This document shows, in pieces, positions 1-9,211 of a stretch of DNA of 64,000 bases. The position numbers were made by a program, and so were the translations under genes. The stretch covers positions 2,944,001 through 3,008,000 of the forward strand of contig OY969695.1 of the NCBI GenBank assembly GCA_963701965.1. The letters are read 5' to 3'. This DNA is from an uncultured Gemmatimonadales bacterium (GTDB lineage: Bacteria; Gemmatimonadota; Gemmatimonadetes; Gemmatimonadales; Gemmatimonadaceae). Within the stretch, counting starts at the first letter, position 1, and the number at the start of each line of letters is the position of its first letter. The notes below the pieces were generated by a model. It was not told the DNA's origin. It saw only the letters and a list, made by a program, of their open reading frames with translations, and searched no databases.

Positions 1-1
1 C

Positions 2-649
2 GTCCGGAATCGTTGGTACGACCCGGTAAGTCGTCGCTTCATTACCGAGGATCCGCTTGGTACCACCAGCGGCACGAATCAATACACCTTCGCCGGTGGT
101 GATCCAGTCAACGCCAACGATCCGACAGGGCTCGCCTGCCGGGAGCACAGCGATCTCGACACGTGCTTCTCCGGCCCGGCCGGGATAGACGGCTTCGGGA
201 CGCCGGACGGATACGCCGGGTTCTCGGGACCGAGCACGCTACAAGACATCGTGAACTCCGTGTGCCCGGGTGCGGGTTCTTGCGATGTGACGATTACCGA
301 TCCGGCCGCCATCCAAGAACTCTTCGCGGACAACTACTCAGCGTACTTCATTGACTTTCAGTTCCAGGACCAGTTGCCAGGTTGTCCGGACGGAACTAAC
401 AAGTTCGGGGGGCCTGGTCCCGTCGATGATGCGACGTCGGGTTCAACGATCGGGATGTATAACTACACCTTGACGCTCTGGGTGTGGTTCCCCGACCTTA
501 GTTCGGGCGACTTTTTCACCAAGAGCACGGCCATTTATTCAGGCAGACTGGATGTCAACTCGCGTTTCTCTTCGAGAACATATTTCGTGCCCTCTGCCAC
601 CGTCGACTGCGCTACGGGCAACGGCCACGGGACGGCTATCTCGCCCTAA
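2..649 (+). CDS. RHS repeat-associated core protein, C-terminal part (5' partial), with variable toxin-like tip
   Basis: Frame 2 from the window start reads VRNRWYDPVSRRFITEDPLGTTSGTNQYTFAGGDPVNANDPTGL, the RHS core terminus with the DPxGL motif at 119-133. It is continuous with ORF 251..649. Confidence 0.9.
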   Translation, partial: VRNRWYDPVSRRFITEDPLGTTSGTNQYTFAGGDPVNANDPTGLACREHSDLDTCFSGPAGIDGFGTPDGYAGFSGPSTLQDIVNSVCPGAGSCDVTITDPAAIQELFADNYSAYFIDFQFQDQLPGCPDGTNKFGGPGPVDDATSGSTIGMYNYTLTLWVWFPDLSSGDFFTKSTAIYSGRLDVNSRFSSRTYFVPSATVDCATGNGHGTAISP

Positions 650-657
650 TCTTCCCG

Positions 658-1203
658 ATGATGGATCAATTGGACACCGTGCCGGATGATGCTAACCTTC
701 GAATGGCGCGGGCGACCCTCGTCGCGCTGCATAGTTCGATTGCCGAACACTACCGTCCCTCCCAGAGCCCGGTGGTATTTCTGCCGGGACTTCGGCCCTT
801 CGATGTCGCCGGAGCAGTGGAGTACCTGGCGCGGTTGCCCAAGCCGGTCGTGTGCATTGGGCTCGAAGCCGCTGGCGCCCTGGTGATCGGGTGCTGGGAG
901 GCTGGTTGCATAGAGACTGGCACTGACAGTAGCACGGACCGCGAATTCGCGCGTCAAGCTTGCGATGGGATTTTTCGCAACGCGGCTCTGCGCGGTGCGC
1001 CGGCGCGAGCCGAGGTGAAAGGCGTTACAGAAAGTGTGCAGCTGGAGGGGCCCGAGATCGAGCGGTGGCTGCGAGACTTTGCGATGCCCCTTGCCGTCCG
1101 TAGCGTCAGGTGGGGAGACCGTGAGGGTCGCTTGACGGGAGTAGACGCCGTCTTTCTCACGAATGCCTGGCGCCCAGGAAACTTCTCAGGTCGTTCGTGG
1201 TGA
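658..1203 (+). CDS. hypothetical protein, candidate RHS immunity protein
   Basis: 181-aa ORF starting 8 nt after the RHS stop; shares motifs with 1197..2123. Confidence 0.6.
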   Translation: MMDQLDTVPDDANLRMARATLVALHSSIAEHYRPSQSPVVFLPGLRPFDVAGAVEYLARLPKPVVCIGLEAAGALVIGCWEAGCIETGTDSSTDREFARQACDGIFRNAALRGAPARAEVKGVTESVQLEGPEIERWLRDFAMPLAVRSVRWGDREGRLTGVDAVFLTNAWRPGNFSGRSW

Positions 1204-2123
1204 GGTACATCGTAAGCGTCGTGGGGCTTGCCTGTGTGACCGGTGCGTTTGCCGCGGTGGCCCGGAGTCAGAGCATCGCGCCCGAGTCGACCGCGCTTGC
1301 GGACACGGCCGCGCGGATCGAGCTCATTGCCCTACGCTCTGTCGTCCCGGCCGGACGCGTGCCGGGTCTCTATCAGATGGGCAACGGATCGCCGGTTGGA
1401 CGCGACGAGGCGATTCGCTGGCTCGCGACGCGTCCCAAGCCCAGCGAGTGCCACGCCTCGGTAACCGCGGCGGTGCTGGCGATGGTCTGCCAGCCGTTCG
1501 ATTCGTTGAGCGCCGATGAACAAGAGAACATTCGCGTTCCGTTGAAGGGAATCGATGGCAAACCCGGATTGCTCGGTTTTCTTCGTCTCACGCGCGGCGC
1601 GGCAGCCGACAGCGTCCGGGTCGTGTGCATCGGGCAGGGCGGCGATACGATCACCACGCGCACTCGGGATGTGGAACAATGGTTTCGAGACTATCCCATT
1701 TGGACGCCGACGGCTCCGCCGTGGCCGCCGCCGCCGATGTATGAGGTGGAGGCGCGAGACGTGACGACTCTGACTCATGCGCCCGTCACACTCTACGAAC
1801 TGGGGCAGCGCCGATCGGCGGTCGCGGTCGTGCGGTTCGCGCCGGTTCCGACCGACCGTGTAGGTCTTGAAGATATCGCTGACGACGCTCCGCGCGAAGC
1901 AACCGACAGCACGCGACGCGCGGCGGCGCGAGAGACATACCTCATTTCGGTTGCCGAGCAGCTTGACCATGTGAGGTTAGACGGACCTGATTCGGCGGAG
2001 CATGCCTATCTCGCCTGGTTGACTGGCGTAATGCGGCGCACCTGGGCCGGGCGAGCAATTCCACCAATGGTCCAAGCGTTTTTGGAGAGGGTCGATGCCA
2101 ACACGCCCAAAGCGGGCCACTAA
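1197..2123 (+). CDS. secreted hypothetical protein, paralog of 658..1203 with a C-terminal extension
   Basis: N-terminal signal peptide (MVRYIVSVVGLACVTGAFAAVARS), Pro-rich linker, overlaps upstream stop. Confidence 0.65.
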   Translation: MVRYIVSVVGLACVTGAFAAVARSQSIAPESTALADTAARIELIALRSVVPAGRVPGLYQMGNGSPVGRDEAIRWLATRPKPSECHASVTAAVLAMVCQPFDSLSADEQENIRVPLKGIDGKPGLLGFLRLTRGAAADSVRVVCIGQGGDTITTRTRDVEQWFRDYPIWTPTAPPWPPPPMYEVEARDVTTLTHAPVTLYELGQRRSAVAVVRFAPVPTDRVGLEDIADDAPREATDSTRRAAARETYLISVAEQLDHVRLDGPDSAEHAYLAWLTGVMRRTWAGRAIPPMVQAFLERVDANTPKAGH

Positions 2124-2173
2124 CCGGGCACGAGTCGCGCGATTATGATGACATCCAACCGGAGCGCGCCCCG

Positions 2174-2262
2174 ATGCCCGTGTGGGAGGCCACTGTGTGT
2201 ATGTGTTCTTTCTCGTCGGCTTCTTTGCGCTCGCGCTTCGGAACCTGTCAACGAGTTTGAGA
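2174..2262 (+). pseudogene. degenerate 5' remnant of the membrane-protein paralog family (copy A)
   Basis: DNA 2138-2235 is clearly similar to 3808-3902 (GGAGCGCGCC.CGATG.CCGTGTGGGAG...GTGTTCTTTCTCGTCGGC); frameshifted and truncated. Confidence 0.55.
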
Positions 2263-2673
2263 CACCGGGTGGGTGGAGTTTACGGAGCGACGCTCGCTGA
2301 CGGGGCGCGAGATTGGGGTGGGTTGATCCATGCCGCCGTCGGCAGCGCGGGTGGGATCGGCATTTGGCGGACGAACCGCTCCGGGTGTGCGGCGTAGGCA
2401 GCCTGCGCACGGTGGCGCGGGCCCCGCGCCGGGCATCGGCGAGGCCGTGATGGACGTCGTGGGGCGTGTGCAGCCCGAGCCCGCCGTGGCGAGCAACAGC
2501 CACACGCACATCCTCGATCACCCTCAGACACTAAATCCAGGGAAGGTCGGTGTCTCACTCATATTGGCAGAGAGGGGCCAAGTTGAACGGCCGCCCTCGA
2601 CAAACGCTCGGCTGGCAGACACCATCCGAAGCGTTCGCCCGGCTGTTGCGATGACCGCGTGAGACCGCCCCTC

Positions 2674-3090
2674 ATGAATTCCTGGACGATAGCTCTCGGC
2701 GTCGAGTTTGTGCTGGCGCCAATCAGCCTTGCGGTACTTGGGGCGCGCTTCGGACGTGGACAGTGGCGATGGACTCTGTACGGTATCGCGCTGATCGCGA
2801 TCGCGGCTGGCACGCTGCTCTACATTGGCCGTTTGGCAGTCGGCTCGCACGTTCTGCTGCCTGACGGAACGTGGGGGAGTGCGTGGCGTGATCCCTGGCA
2901 GTTACCGCCGGCGCTGGCCTTCGCCGGCGTGCCCGTGTGGGCGGTGGTATATCGGGCGACGAAGCGATCCGATGTTGCGCCGGCGGTGACTCTGCGTGAC
3001 TTGCTAAGGACCGCGCTGCTGTCCATGGTTATCGCGCTCCCCTTCAGCCTGTTCGTGGCACTGGCGACTTGTCACGGCACCTGCTCCTGA
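2674..3090 (+). CDS. small multi-pass membrane protein (paralog copy B)
   Basis: About 4 hydrophobic segments; motif LLPDGTWGSAWRDPWQLPPALAFAGVP shared with neighbours. Confidence 0.7.
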   Translation: MNSWTIALGVEFVLAPISLAVLGARFGRGQWRWTLYGIALIAIAAGTLLYIGRLAVGSHVLLPDGTWGSAWRDPWQLPPALAFAGVPVWAVVYRATKRSDVAPAVTLRDLLRTALLSMVIALPFSLFVALATCHGTCS

Positions 3091-3112
3091 TGACAATGTG
3101 CCGAGGCGTGCG

Positions 3113-3526
3113 ATGAACATGTTCCCGATCGCTCTCGTGGCGTTGCTGTTTCTCGGAGCGTTCGCGTTGGCATTGGTCGACCTGCACCTCGTGCGCCGAG
3201 GACGGGGGCGGGCCGTTTATACAGCCATGGGCGTCTTCGTCGCTGTCGGTACGATTGTCTACGGTGCCGCCAGTCCGTGGTCAGCACTGCTGCCGAACCG
3301 CTCGTGGGACAGTGTGCTTCGCCTACCCTGGCACCTCCTGCCGACACCGGTCATCCTGTTTGGCGTGCCCGCTCTTGGGCTCGCGTGGTGGACATCGGGC
3401 GCCTCGCCTGACAAACCAGCGCGGTCCGATGTCGTATCGACGATCCTCCTGACGATGGTCCTCCTCATGGCCGGCGCCGGCGTGCTCGCGATCTTTCTCG
3501 GATTGCTGGGCGGCCTTATGAGCTAA
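3113..3526 (+). CDS. small multi-pass membrane protein (paralog copy C)
   Basis: GAGG RBS, hydrophobic segments, motif LLPNRSWDSVLRLPWHLLPTPVILFGVP. Confidence 0.7.
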   Translation: MNMFPIALVALLFLGAFALALVDLHLVRRGRGRAVYTAMGVFVAVGTIVYGAASPWSALLPNRSWDSVLRLPWHLLPTPVILFGVPALGLAWWTSGASPDKPARSDVVSTILLTMVLLMAGAGVLAIFLGLLGGLMS

Positions 3527-3630
3527 TATTATGATGATTGAACTTACGGCCACATGACTTTGCCCTCTGGAGGGGCAAAGGGCCGGCTAGCTCGCGGCGC
3601 CCCGCCACCGGAAGGGAATTTCACGCACGC

Positions 3631-3770
3631 TTCAACATTTGGGCGATCGGTTCCTCTGCGGCGTTTTTCCTCGGCCCGATCACCCTAGCCTTCCTCAACG
3701 TCCCTCTCGTATGGCGGCGGCGACGGTGGGCAGGGTACGCGGCGACTGTCGCGGAGGTGGTCATACGCGC
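3631..3770 (+). pseudogene. N-terminal fragment of the membrane paralog family (copy D)
   Basis: FNIWAIGSSAAFFLGPITLAFLNVPLVWRRRRWAGY aligns by eye with MNSWTIALGVEFVLAPISLAVLGARFGRGQWRWTLY of copy B; no C-terminal half. Confidence 0.45.
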
Positions 3771-3843
3771 GGTGTCACTATGCGGCTGGCGAAGAACGGC
3801 TACGCCCGCGATCATAGATTGCATCCGTCAGGAGCGCGCCACG

Positions 3844-4262
3844 ATGACCGTGTGGGAGAGCGCCTTGTGCGTGTTCTTTCTCGTCGGCCCTTTGTGCTCG
3901 CCTTTCTCGACTTGTACTTCGTGCGCCGCCAGCGGTCGCAGATGGTCTATGTGGCGGCGACGCTCTTCGTCGTTCTCGGCATAGCGCTCTTCGGGAGGGC
4001 ACAGGTGAGATACGGCTATGTGCTGCTTCCAAACGGCACGTTCGGCAGCATTCTGGGAGACCCCTGGATGCTCATTGGACCCCCGCTCGCACTCTTCGGA
4101 CTGCCGGCAGGCGGCCTGGCCTGGTGGACCTTAGGAGCGTCGCTGGAGGAACCAGCGCGGGCGGATGCGCGGCACACGCTCTTCGTCGCCATCGCATTCA
4201 TCGCCGCCGGGATGGTGGCCGGCTTGCTGACGGCCATGGCAACGGGTCTCGTCTGGATCTGA
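3844..4262 (+). CDS. small multi-pass membrane protein (paralog copy E), one frameshift near 3890
   Basis: GGAG RBS plus ATG 3844 (MTVWESALCVFFLVGP) joins frame of 3639..4262 (FVLAFLDLYFVRR...LLPNGTFGSILGDPWMLIGPPLALFGLP) if one C is added to a C-run. Confidence 0.65.
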
Positions 4263-4304
4263 GATAGAACAAGGCGTTAGTGGCGGTGTCCCGCGCCGGC
4301 CGTC

Positions 4305-4480
4305 GGCGCCGCCGTGATACCCCTCGATCCCCCACCGCGCAACACGTCACCATGTGCGATCCACCGCGGCGGATCCGCTCCCCCTTCTCGGCATCGATCT
4401 TCGCGAGGCGTGGCACCTCGTGAGCCGCAAAGCTGCGCTCGGCGATCGGCGCGATTGGCTGGAGGTTCAAGATGTCCTTG
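4305..4480 (-). pseudogene. mosaic remnant: 3' fragment of the nucleotidyltransferase gene plus 3' tip of the 9628 gene
   Basis: 4372-4480 encodes KDILNLQPIAPIAERSFAAHEVPRLAKIDAEK (cf. 8719-8829); about 4305-4340 encodes RWGIEGYHGG (cf. RWGIEGYYGG at 5848-5877). Confidence 0.7.
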
Positions 4481-4578
4481 CAGGCGAGTGTGCGAATACA
4501 ACGATCCATTTATGTGCGGAGCGGCGGCCGCAGGAGCTCGCGCCTTTCCATCGAGGGCGACGTCGACTGGCACTACGC

Positions 4579-4989
4579 TCACGCTCGGGAGAATGGATTG
4601 ACGACCGCGACACCGGCGCGCCGCAGGTGCGCCTCGCTTCGCGTGGCAACCGATAGCCCATGCTCGAGCGCGGTCGCTGCCAGCAGCATGTCGACTGCGC
4701 GCTGCGGCTGGGCCGCAACCAGCGCGCCCCATCGCATCGCGACCGCCGAATCAACCGGGAGGATGCGGTCGCCATACCCGGTCACCAGGCGATCGAGCCA
4801 TCGTTCCAACTCGTCGGCGTGCGCAGGATTGTCCCGGTGTCGTAGCGCCATGCCGCTCGCGATCTCTCCGATCGTCACGACGCTAACAAAGGCCGCCCCC
4901 GGCCCAAGCGCCCGGACCCACGCAACAACGCGCGGGTCGGGCCGCGGCCGCCGCAACTCCGAAATGACGTTCGTATCCAGCAGGTACAT
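4579..4989 (-). CDS. vapC: type II TA toxin, VapC/PIN-domain ribonuclease
   Basis: MYLLDTNVISEL...VSVVTIGEI...DMLLAATALEHGLSVATR, PIN acidic-residue pattern. Confidence 0.93.
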   Translation of the reverse strand: MYLLDTNVISELRRPRPDPRVVAWVRALGPGAAFVSVVTIGEIASGMALRHRDNPAHADELERWLDRLVTGYGDRILPVDSAVAMRWGALVAAQPQRAVDMLLAATALEHGLSVATRSEAHLRRAGVAVVNPFSRA

Positions 4990-5014
4990 GGCTGCGGTGA
5001 TCCGGCGAGCCGGG

Positions 5015-5308
5015 TCAGATGTCGACGTCGCGCAATGTCATGCGAATACGCTTCGGCCCGGTGCGAACGGCGTCCTTTGGGGCATTAAGGAGAAACTGTT
5101 CGAATGATTCCCGCTCGCCCTCGACGACATGCGCGACACGCACGTAATCCTCGTACGACAGCACGACGGCCGTCTTGACCCCGCGTCGGGTCACCACCTG
5201 GGGCCCTGACGCGGCGGCGCCGATGACTTCGCTGAGCTTGTTCTTCGCGTCTTGCAGCGACCACTGGCGCGGTGCAACCAGTCGTGATTGGCGGGTAGGC
5301 ATGACCAC
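5015..5308 (-). CDS. type II TA antitoxin, Phd/YefM family
   Basis: WSLQDAKNKLSEVI...GPQVVTRRGVKTAVVLS motif, directly upstream of vapC. Confidence 0.9.
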   Translation of the reverse strand: MVMPTRQSRLVAPRQWSLQDAKNKLSEVIGAAASGPQVVTRRGVKTAVVLSYEDYVRVAHVVEGERESFEQFLLNAPKDAVRTGPKRIRMTLRDVDI

Positions 5309-5323
5309 GCTCGGTTCAGAATT

Positions 5324-5340
5324 GTTAGCAGCTAGCTAAC
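5324..5340. promoter_or_regulatory. inverted repeat GTTAGC-N5-GCTAAC, candidate autoregulatory operator of the Phd/VapC operon
   Basis: Inverted repeat immediately upstream of the antitoxin start; Phd-family antitoxins typically bind palindromic operators. Confidence 0.45.
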
Positions 5341-5345
5341 TGATC

Positions 5346-5513
5346 TAGCCCGTTCGGCCGGAATGGCAGGCGAAAACCGACTTGGCATGGAGGAAACCCA
5401 GATCGAACGTGTGCGTCACCTCGACGCCCGAAACCTCTTGCGAGCCAGCGCGCCAGCAATGGCGGGAGCTGCGCATCGATCCAGACGCGCAGTACGGGCG
5501 GGCTGGTGCTCAC
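5346..5513 (-). pseudogene. truncated DUF5615 (PIN-like, VapC45-type) toxin
   Basis: VWIDAQLPPLLARWL then, after a 1-nt shift in a G-run, GVEVTHTFDLGFLHAK; similarity ends after about 45 aa. Confidence 0.7.
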
Positions 5514-5525
5514 GCCGTAAACTCG

Positions 5526-5750
5526 TCAGGCAGCAAGTGTTGGGTGGTCGAATCGTCGCGCGGCGTACTGCAGGGCGGCGAAGATGTCGTCGCCTTCGAG
5601 ATACGGGTAGTCGGCCAAGATCTGCTCGTGCGTCTCGCCCGCGGCGAGCAGCTCCAGAATGTCCTTCACGCGAATGCGCATGCCCCTGATGCACGGTCGC
5701 CCCCCGCACTGATTCGGGCTCACAGTGATCCGATCGAGGAGATTCGTCAC
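5526..5750 (-). CDS. DUF433 family protein (putative antitoxin)
   Basis: RITVSPNQCGGRPCIRGMRIRVKDILELLAAG...ILADYPYLEGDDIFAALQYAA is the DUF433 signature. Confidence 0.92.
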   Translation of the reverse strand: MTNLLDRITVSPNQCGGRPCIRGMRIRVKDILELLAAGETHEQILADYPYLEGDDIFAALQYAARRFDHPTLAA

Positions 5751-5844
5751 GGGCGCTCCTGAGGGTGCGTTGAACGGGTCGAGAGGAATCTAGTCGAACG
5801 TCGACGGCGCGTTGTGACGCGCGACGACACCCCGCGCGCGTCCC

Positions 5845-6150
5845 CTACCCGCCGTAATACCCCTCGATCCCCCAGCGCACGAGCCGGTCGATCACCGTCG
5901 CCCGCCACCAAGACGTCGACCCGAGCAGCTGCGGCGACGCCACCGAGTCCTTGAGCACGATCAACAGCCGCTCGGGCGGCAACCCGCCCATCCGCGCATG
6001 CGACGAAAGCCCCGCCACCGCCGCCCGCATGGCGGGCGTATCGTACTCATCCCGCACCCGCGCCCGCACAAGGGCCGCCACCAACCGCCCCCGATCCGCA
6101 GTCAGCGTCGGGCTGTGTTCGTAATTGGCGGAGTACGCGATAGCAGAAAT
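5845..6150. repeat. 306-bp direct repeat, copy 1 (5'-clipped duplicate of the 9628 gene)
   Basis: Near-identical to 9628-9933 (offset 3783) with only a handful of mismatches; the reading frame upstream hits a stop at 6178-6180. Confidence 0.95.
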
Positions 6151-6382
6151 ATTCGGGCACCAACGACGCCTGTCGCTCTATGAATGGTTTGCCGGTTTCG
6201 ACGCACGGCGGAAGTTACTAGCTGACGGTTCTTGGCAATGACGCGATAGTCAGGAGCCTCAGGGAGGGTGACGGAAGCTGGCCCCTAGGCTTGACTGTTG
6301 GATTCTTCGCACAAGTATACAGAATACACAGGTGCCAACGACGCTTGCCGCTCAATAACGGTTTGCCACTTCCGATCTGAGA

Positions 6383-6655
6383 GTGACCTTGATACCGTTT
6401 CGTTCCCCTCGAACGGGCCAACCGGATAGCGGACATATTTCCGGCGGGGCGGCCACGCTGAAGACCATCCTTGTCATCTTGCCCTCGCTTGTCGTGACTG
6501 AGGTCGCGCATTCTAGTAATCGCTTCGTTTTTGCCGGTTCTTTGGTTGCTGGCGCTTTGCTACAAACCGTGGTTCCTCCGGCGAGAAAGGGACTACTCTG
6601 GATTCTTGGGGGATCGCTCATCGTGGCGGCAGTCTATTTGGCTTTCCGAAGGTGA
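6383..6655 (+). CDS. small hydrophobic hypothetical protein or fragment
   Basis: 90-aa ORF with about 3 hydrophobic segments in an AT-richer tract. Confidence 0.3.
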   Translation: MTLIPFRSPRTGQPDSGHISGGAATLKTILVILPSLVVTEVAHSSNRFVFAGSLVAGALLQTVVPPARKGLLWILGGSLIVAAVYLAFRR

Positions 6656-7087
6656 GTCCAGACCGCTGAGGCTCGGGTGACCCTAGCACGGCTTCGACGA
6701 CGCGCGTCGTCCGGCAAACCCGCCGGGCAGAGAACCGAGATTCGCCAGGGCTAGCGCTCGACGACCGCGTGTGGCGTCGTTCGGATCGCCGCCGGAAGAA
6801 CAGAGTGCGGGCAACGACGTACGCGACGAGCAAAGCAAAAGGGACTGCCGCACCCTGCGATGCGGGGAGGATCGTGCAGAACTCTAGCAGCAATGCGCAA
6901 GACTTAATTGACGGAATCGGTCGAGCGTTGGGCACGCCTCCTCAACCCCTACCTGCTCACGGTGCGCCGCCATCTCCGCCCCGCTGCCGTTTGCCGTAGG
7001 ATTACCGTAGTTAAATTCGAGAAGAAATGTCCCGCACTTACCGTCATCGCGCCGCAGCGAACTATCCCTGTTCGGGCGGCGTGGTGA

Positions 7088-7756
7088 TTGAGTGTGTGCG
7101 CCGGCTACCAACTTCCCGACATGCTGCGTTGCGATCTTGGGCATGTCGACAGGACGATAATGGTACAGCCTTCGAGATACCACATCATTGCCAGAGTGCA
7201 TGGGCCGACGGGCGAGCACGACCTCCGGTCGACGTGCGCTGTATTGTTGGACATCCTCCCCCGAGGGGGGACGATACATCGTGCCACCTCGCTGTCCAAC
7301 AATGTGTTCATTCTGCAGGAAGCATCCCGTGCCACTCTAATCCTGTGTCAGCTAGCGCTCGATACCGGTTTCGCACTGCGCTTCGACCTTTCCCCGGATA
7401 CCGACGTGCTGGGTGAGTGGCCAGCGGTGGTGCATACAGCGCCGGAGCTGGAGCAGGTCATCTGGCGGCTGGTCAAGTGTGCGAGACACGAGTTGCTCTA
7501 CCCGTTGTCGATCTGGGGAATTGCCTTGGACCGCGAACTGACGACCAATCGGGCGATCGAAGCATTTCAGAGTCTTCGCATGGATGAAGGACTGTTTGAC
7601 AATGTGCTCGCGCGACAGGGCTTTCGAATCGCAGTGCTCCAATCATCCATCACCATTTCGGTTCACTGCGCGGATCTCGATCGCTCGATCGCATGGGCTC
7701 GACGGGCTCTCCAAGAACCGGGGCCATTCGTTAGTTGGCCGGTCGACACGAGTTAG
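7088..7756 (+). CDS. hypothetical protein (start uncertain)
   Basis: 222-aa ORF with protein-like composition in an AT-richer tract. Confidence 0.5.
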   Translation: MSVCAGYQLPDMLRCDLGHVDRTIMVQPSRYHIIARVHGPTGEHDLRSTCAVLLDILPRGGTIHRATSLSNNVFILQEASRATLILCQLALDTGFALRFDLSPDTDVLGEWPAVVHTAPELEQVIWRLVKCARHELLYPLSIWGIALDRELTTNRAIEAFQSLRMDEGLFDNVLARQGFRIAVLQSSITISVHCADLDRSIAWARRALQEPGPFVSWPVDTS

Positions 7757-7874
7757 TGCAGGTGGCGACGGCAGCATGCGCCGCGGAGTGGGTAGTACCT
7801 GGCGTTGTTGATGCTGGGGATCTAATCGGGAGAGCTGACAGTGCCGGAGCCTGATGTAGCCGACGGGGCGCGAG

Positions 7875-8679
7875 CTACGCTGCGGAGCCCTCGCGAGACG
7901 CGGCCAGCGCGCCGGTGGCCGCCAGCGTCGGCCGAAGGAATTGCCGTACCCCGACGCGCTCGCGCACGAGCAGTCCGCGTGTGACCAGTCGGTCGGCGGC
8001 GCCGTGAGCGGCGGCGTAGGACACGCCGGTCGTTCGGCCCAAATCGCTGGCGGTCAGAGGCGCTTCGAGCGCTTTGATGATCGAGATCGGCCTCGAGCGA
8101 AGGGCCAACAATGGCGCGAACGCGGAGTTCCGGGACATGACGCAGGAGCCAGTCGGCGGGGCGGATCGCGCTCGGCTTGAGCGCGGTGTCGTCGTGCCAG
8201 AATCCCCACTGCCGATAGAGTGGCGCGGCGTGCTCACGGACTGATGAGCGCAACGTGGGGAATTGTTCAATGACGGCGAACAAGGGCCGCGGCGTTTTGA
8301 TGGGGCGGCAGCGCTCGATCGCGCCGGCGAGCTCCGGCGCGGACAGGGCAGTCTGTGTGGTCGCGAGCGTGAGCATCGCGCCCATCGCCGCCGACGCAAT
8401 GGGATCCGTCTTCGCGAGCGCCGTCGCCAGCGCGACCAGGCGCCGGCCGTTGACCCAGCCATGGTACGCCGCCAACCAGGACGCCGCGCCGACGAAGAGG
8501 CGCTCATCCGTCCGCGCCACCCGTGCGGTGCGGACGATGAGCGCTTCGACGTCGACGACATCCAGGGCGGATGCCACACTGAGCCACAGACCGATCCGCG
8601 CCCAATCTTGAGCGATACGCTCAAGGGGATCGGACCGCACCGCTGCGGTGATCGCCTTGTGTCGCGCAATGCCACTCAT
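7875..8679 (-). CDS. hypothetical protein with C-terminal winged HTH, partner of the nucleotidyltransferase; frameshift near 8083
   Basis: ATGA overlap with upstream gene. Frame 1 runs MSGIARH...ELRVRAIVGPSLEADL and frame 2 continues IIKALEAPLTASDLGRTTGVSYAAAHGAADRLVTRGLL (HTH pattern). Confidence 0.7.
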
Positions 8680-9206
8680 CGGCTTGCCCCCTCGGCCCAT
8701 ACATCGAGCAGCGCCTGCATCCGCTTGGCTTTCTCGACATCGATCTTCGCAAGGCGCGGCACCTCGTGCGCCGCAAAGCTGCGCTCGGCGGCTGTTGGCC
8801 CGATCTGCTGGAGGTCCGAGATGTCCTTGGGGCGCCCGGAGAAGAACTTCATGACAATGACATCCTTCCGGGATACGAGGGACACGGAGAGCCGACCGAA
8901 CGGTGGGAGTGTCGTGACACGCGAGGCGTAGTCGGGCGGGAGAACTTCGGCGTAGCTCTGCACGCTGCCGTTCAGCCAGCCGTCGGGCAACCCTCGGTCA
9001 TGCGCGACCGCTCGGATGGCGGCCTGTAGCCGGTCCAACCCCGGGCTCAATGTCAACACATCGCCGTCGTTGGTACCGCGATCAAGCGCGTGGCGCAGGA
9101 TAAGCGCGGCCGAGCCACCCAACAGCAACGTCGTCCGTCCCCGGCACTTCGCACCGAGCGCGGCGAGCGCATCAACAAGTTCCGTGCGGTTAAGCGCTTC
9201 GGGCAT
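8676..9206 (-). CDS. DUF6036-like / AbiEii-type nucleotidyltransferase
   Basis: LLLGGSAALIL...RGTNDGDV (GG plus DxD), GLPDGWLN, MKFFSGRPKDISDL. Confidence 0.8.
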   Translation of the reverse strand: MPEALNRTELVDALAALGAKCRGRTTLLLGGSAALILRHALDRGTNDGDVLTLSPGLDRLQAAIRAVAHDRGLPDGWLNGSVQSYAEVLPPDYASRVTTLPPFGRLSVSLVSRKDVIVMKFFSGRPKDISDLQQIGPTAAERSFAAHEVPRLAKIDVEKAKRMQALLDVWAEGASR

Positions 9207-9211
9207 ATATA

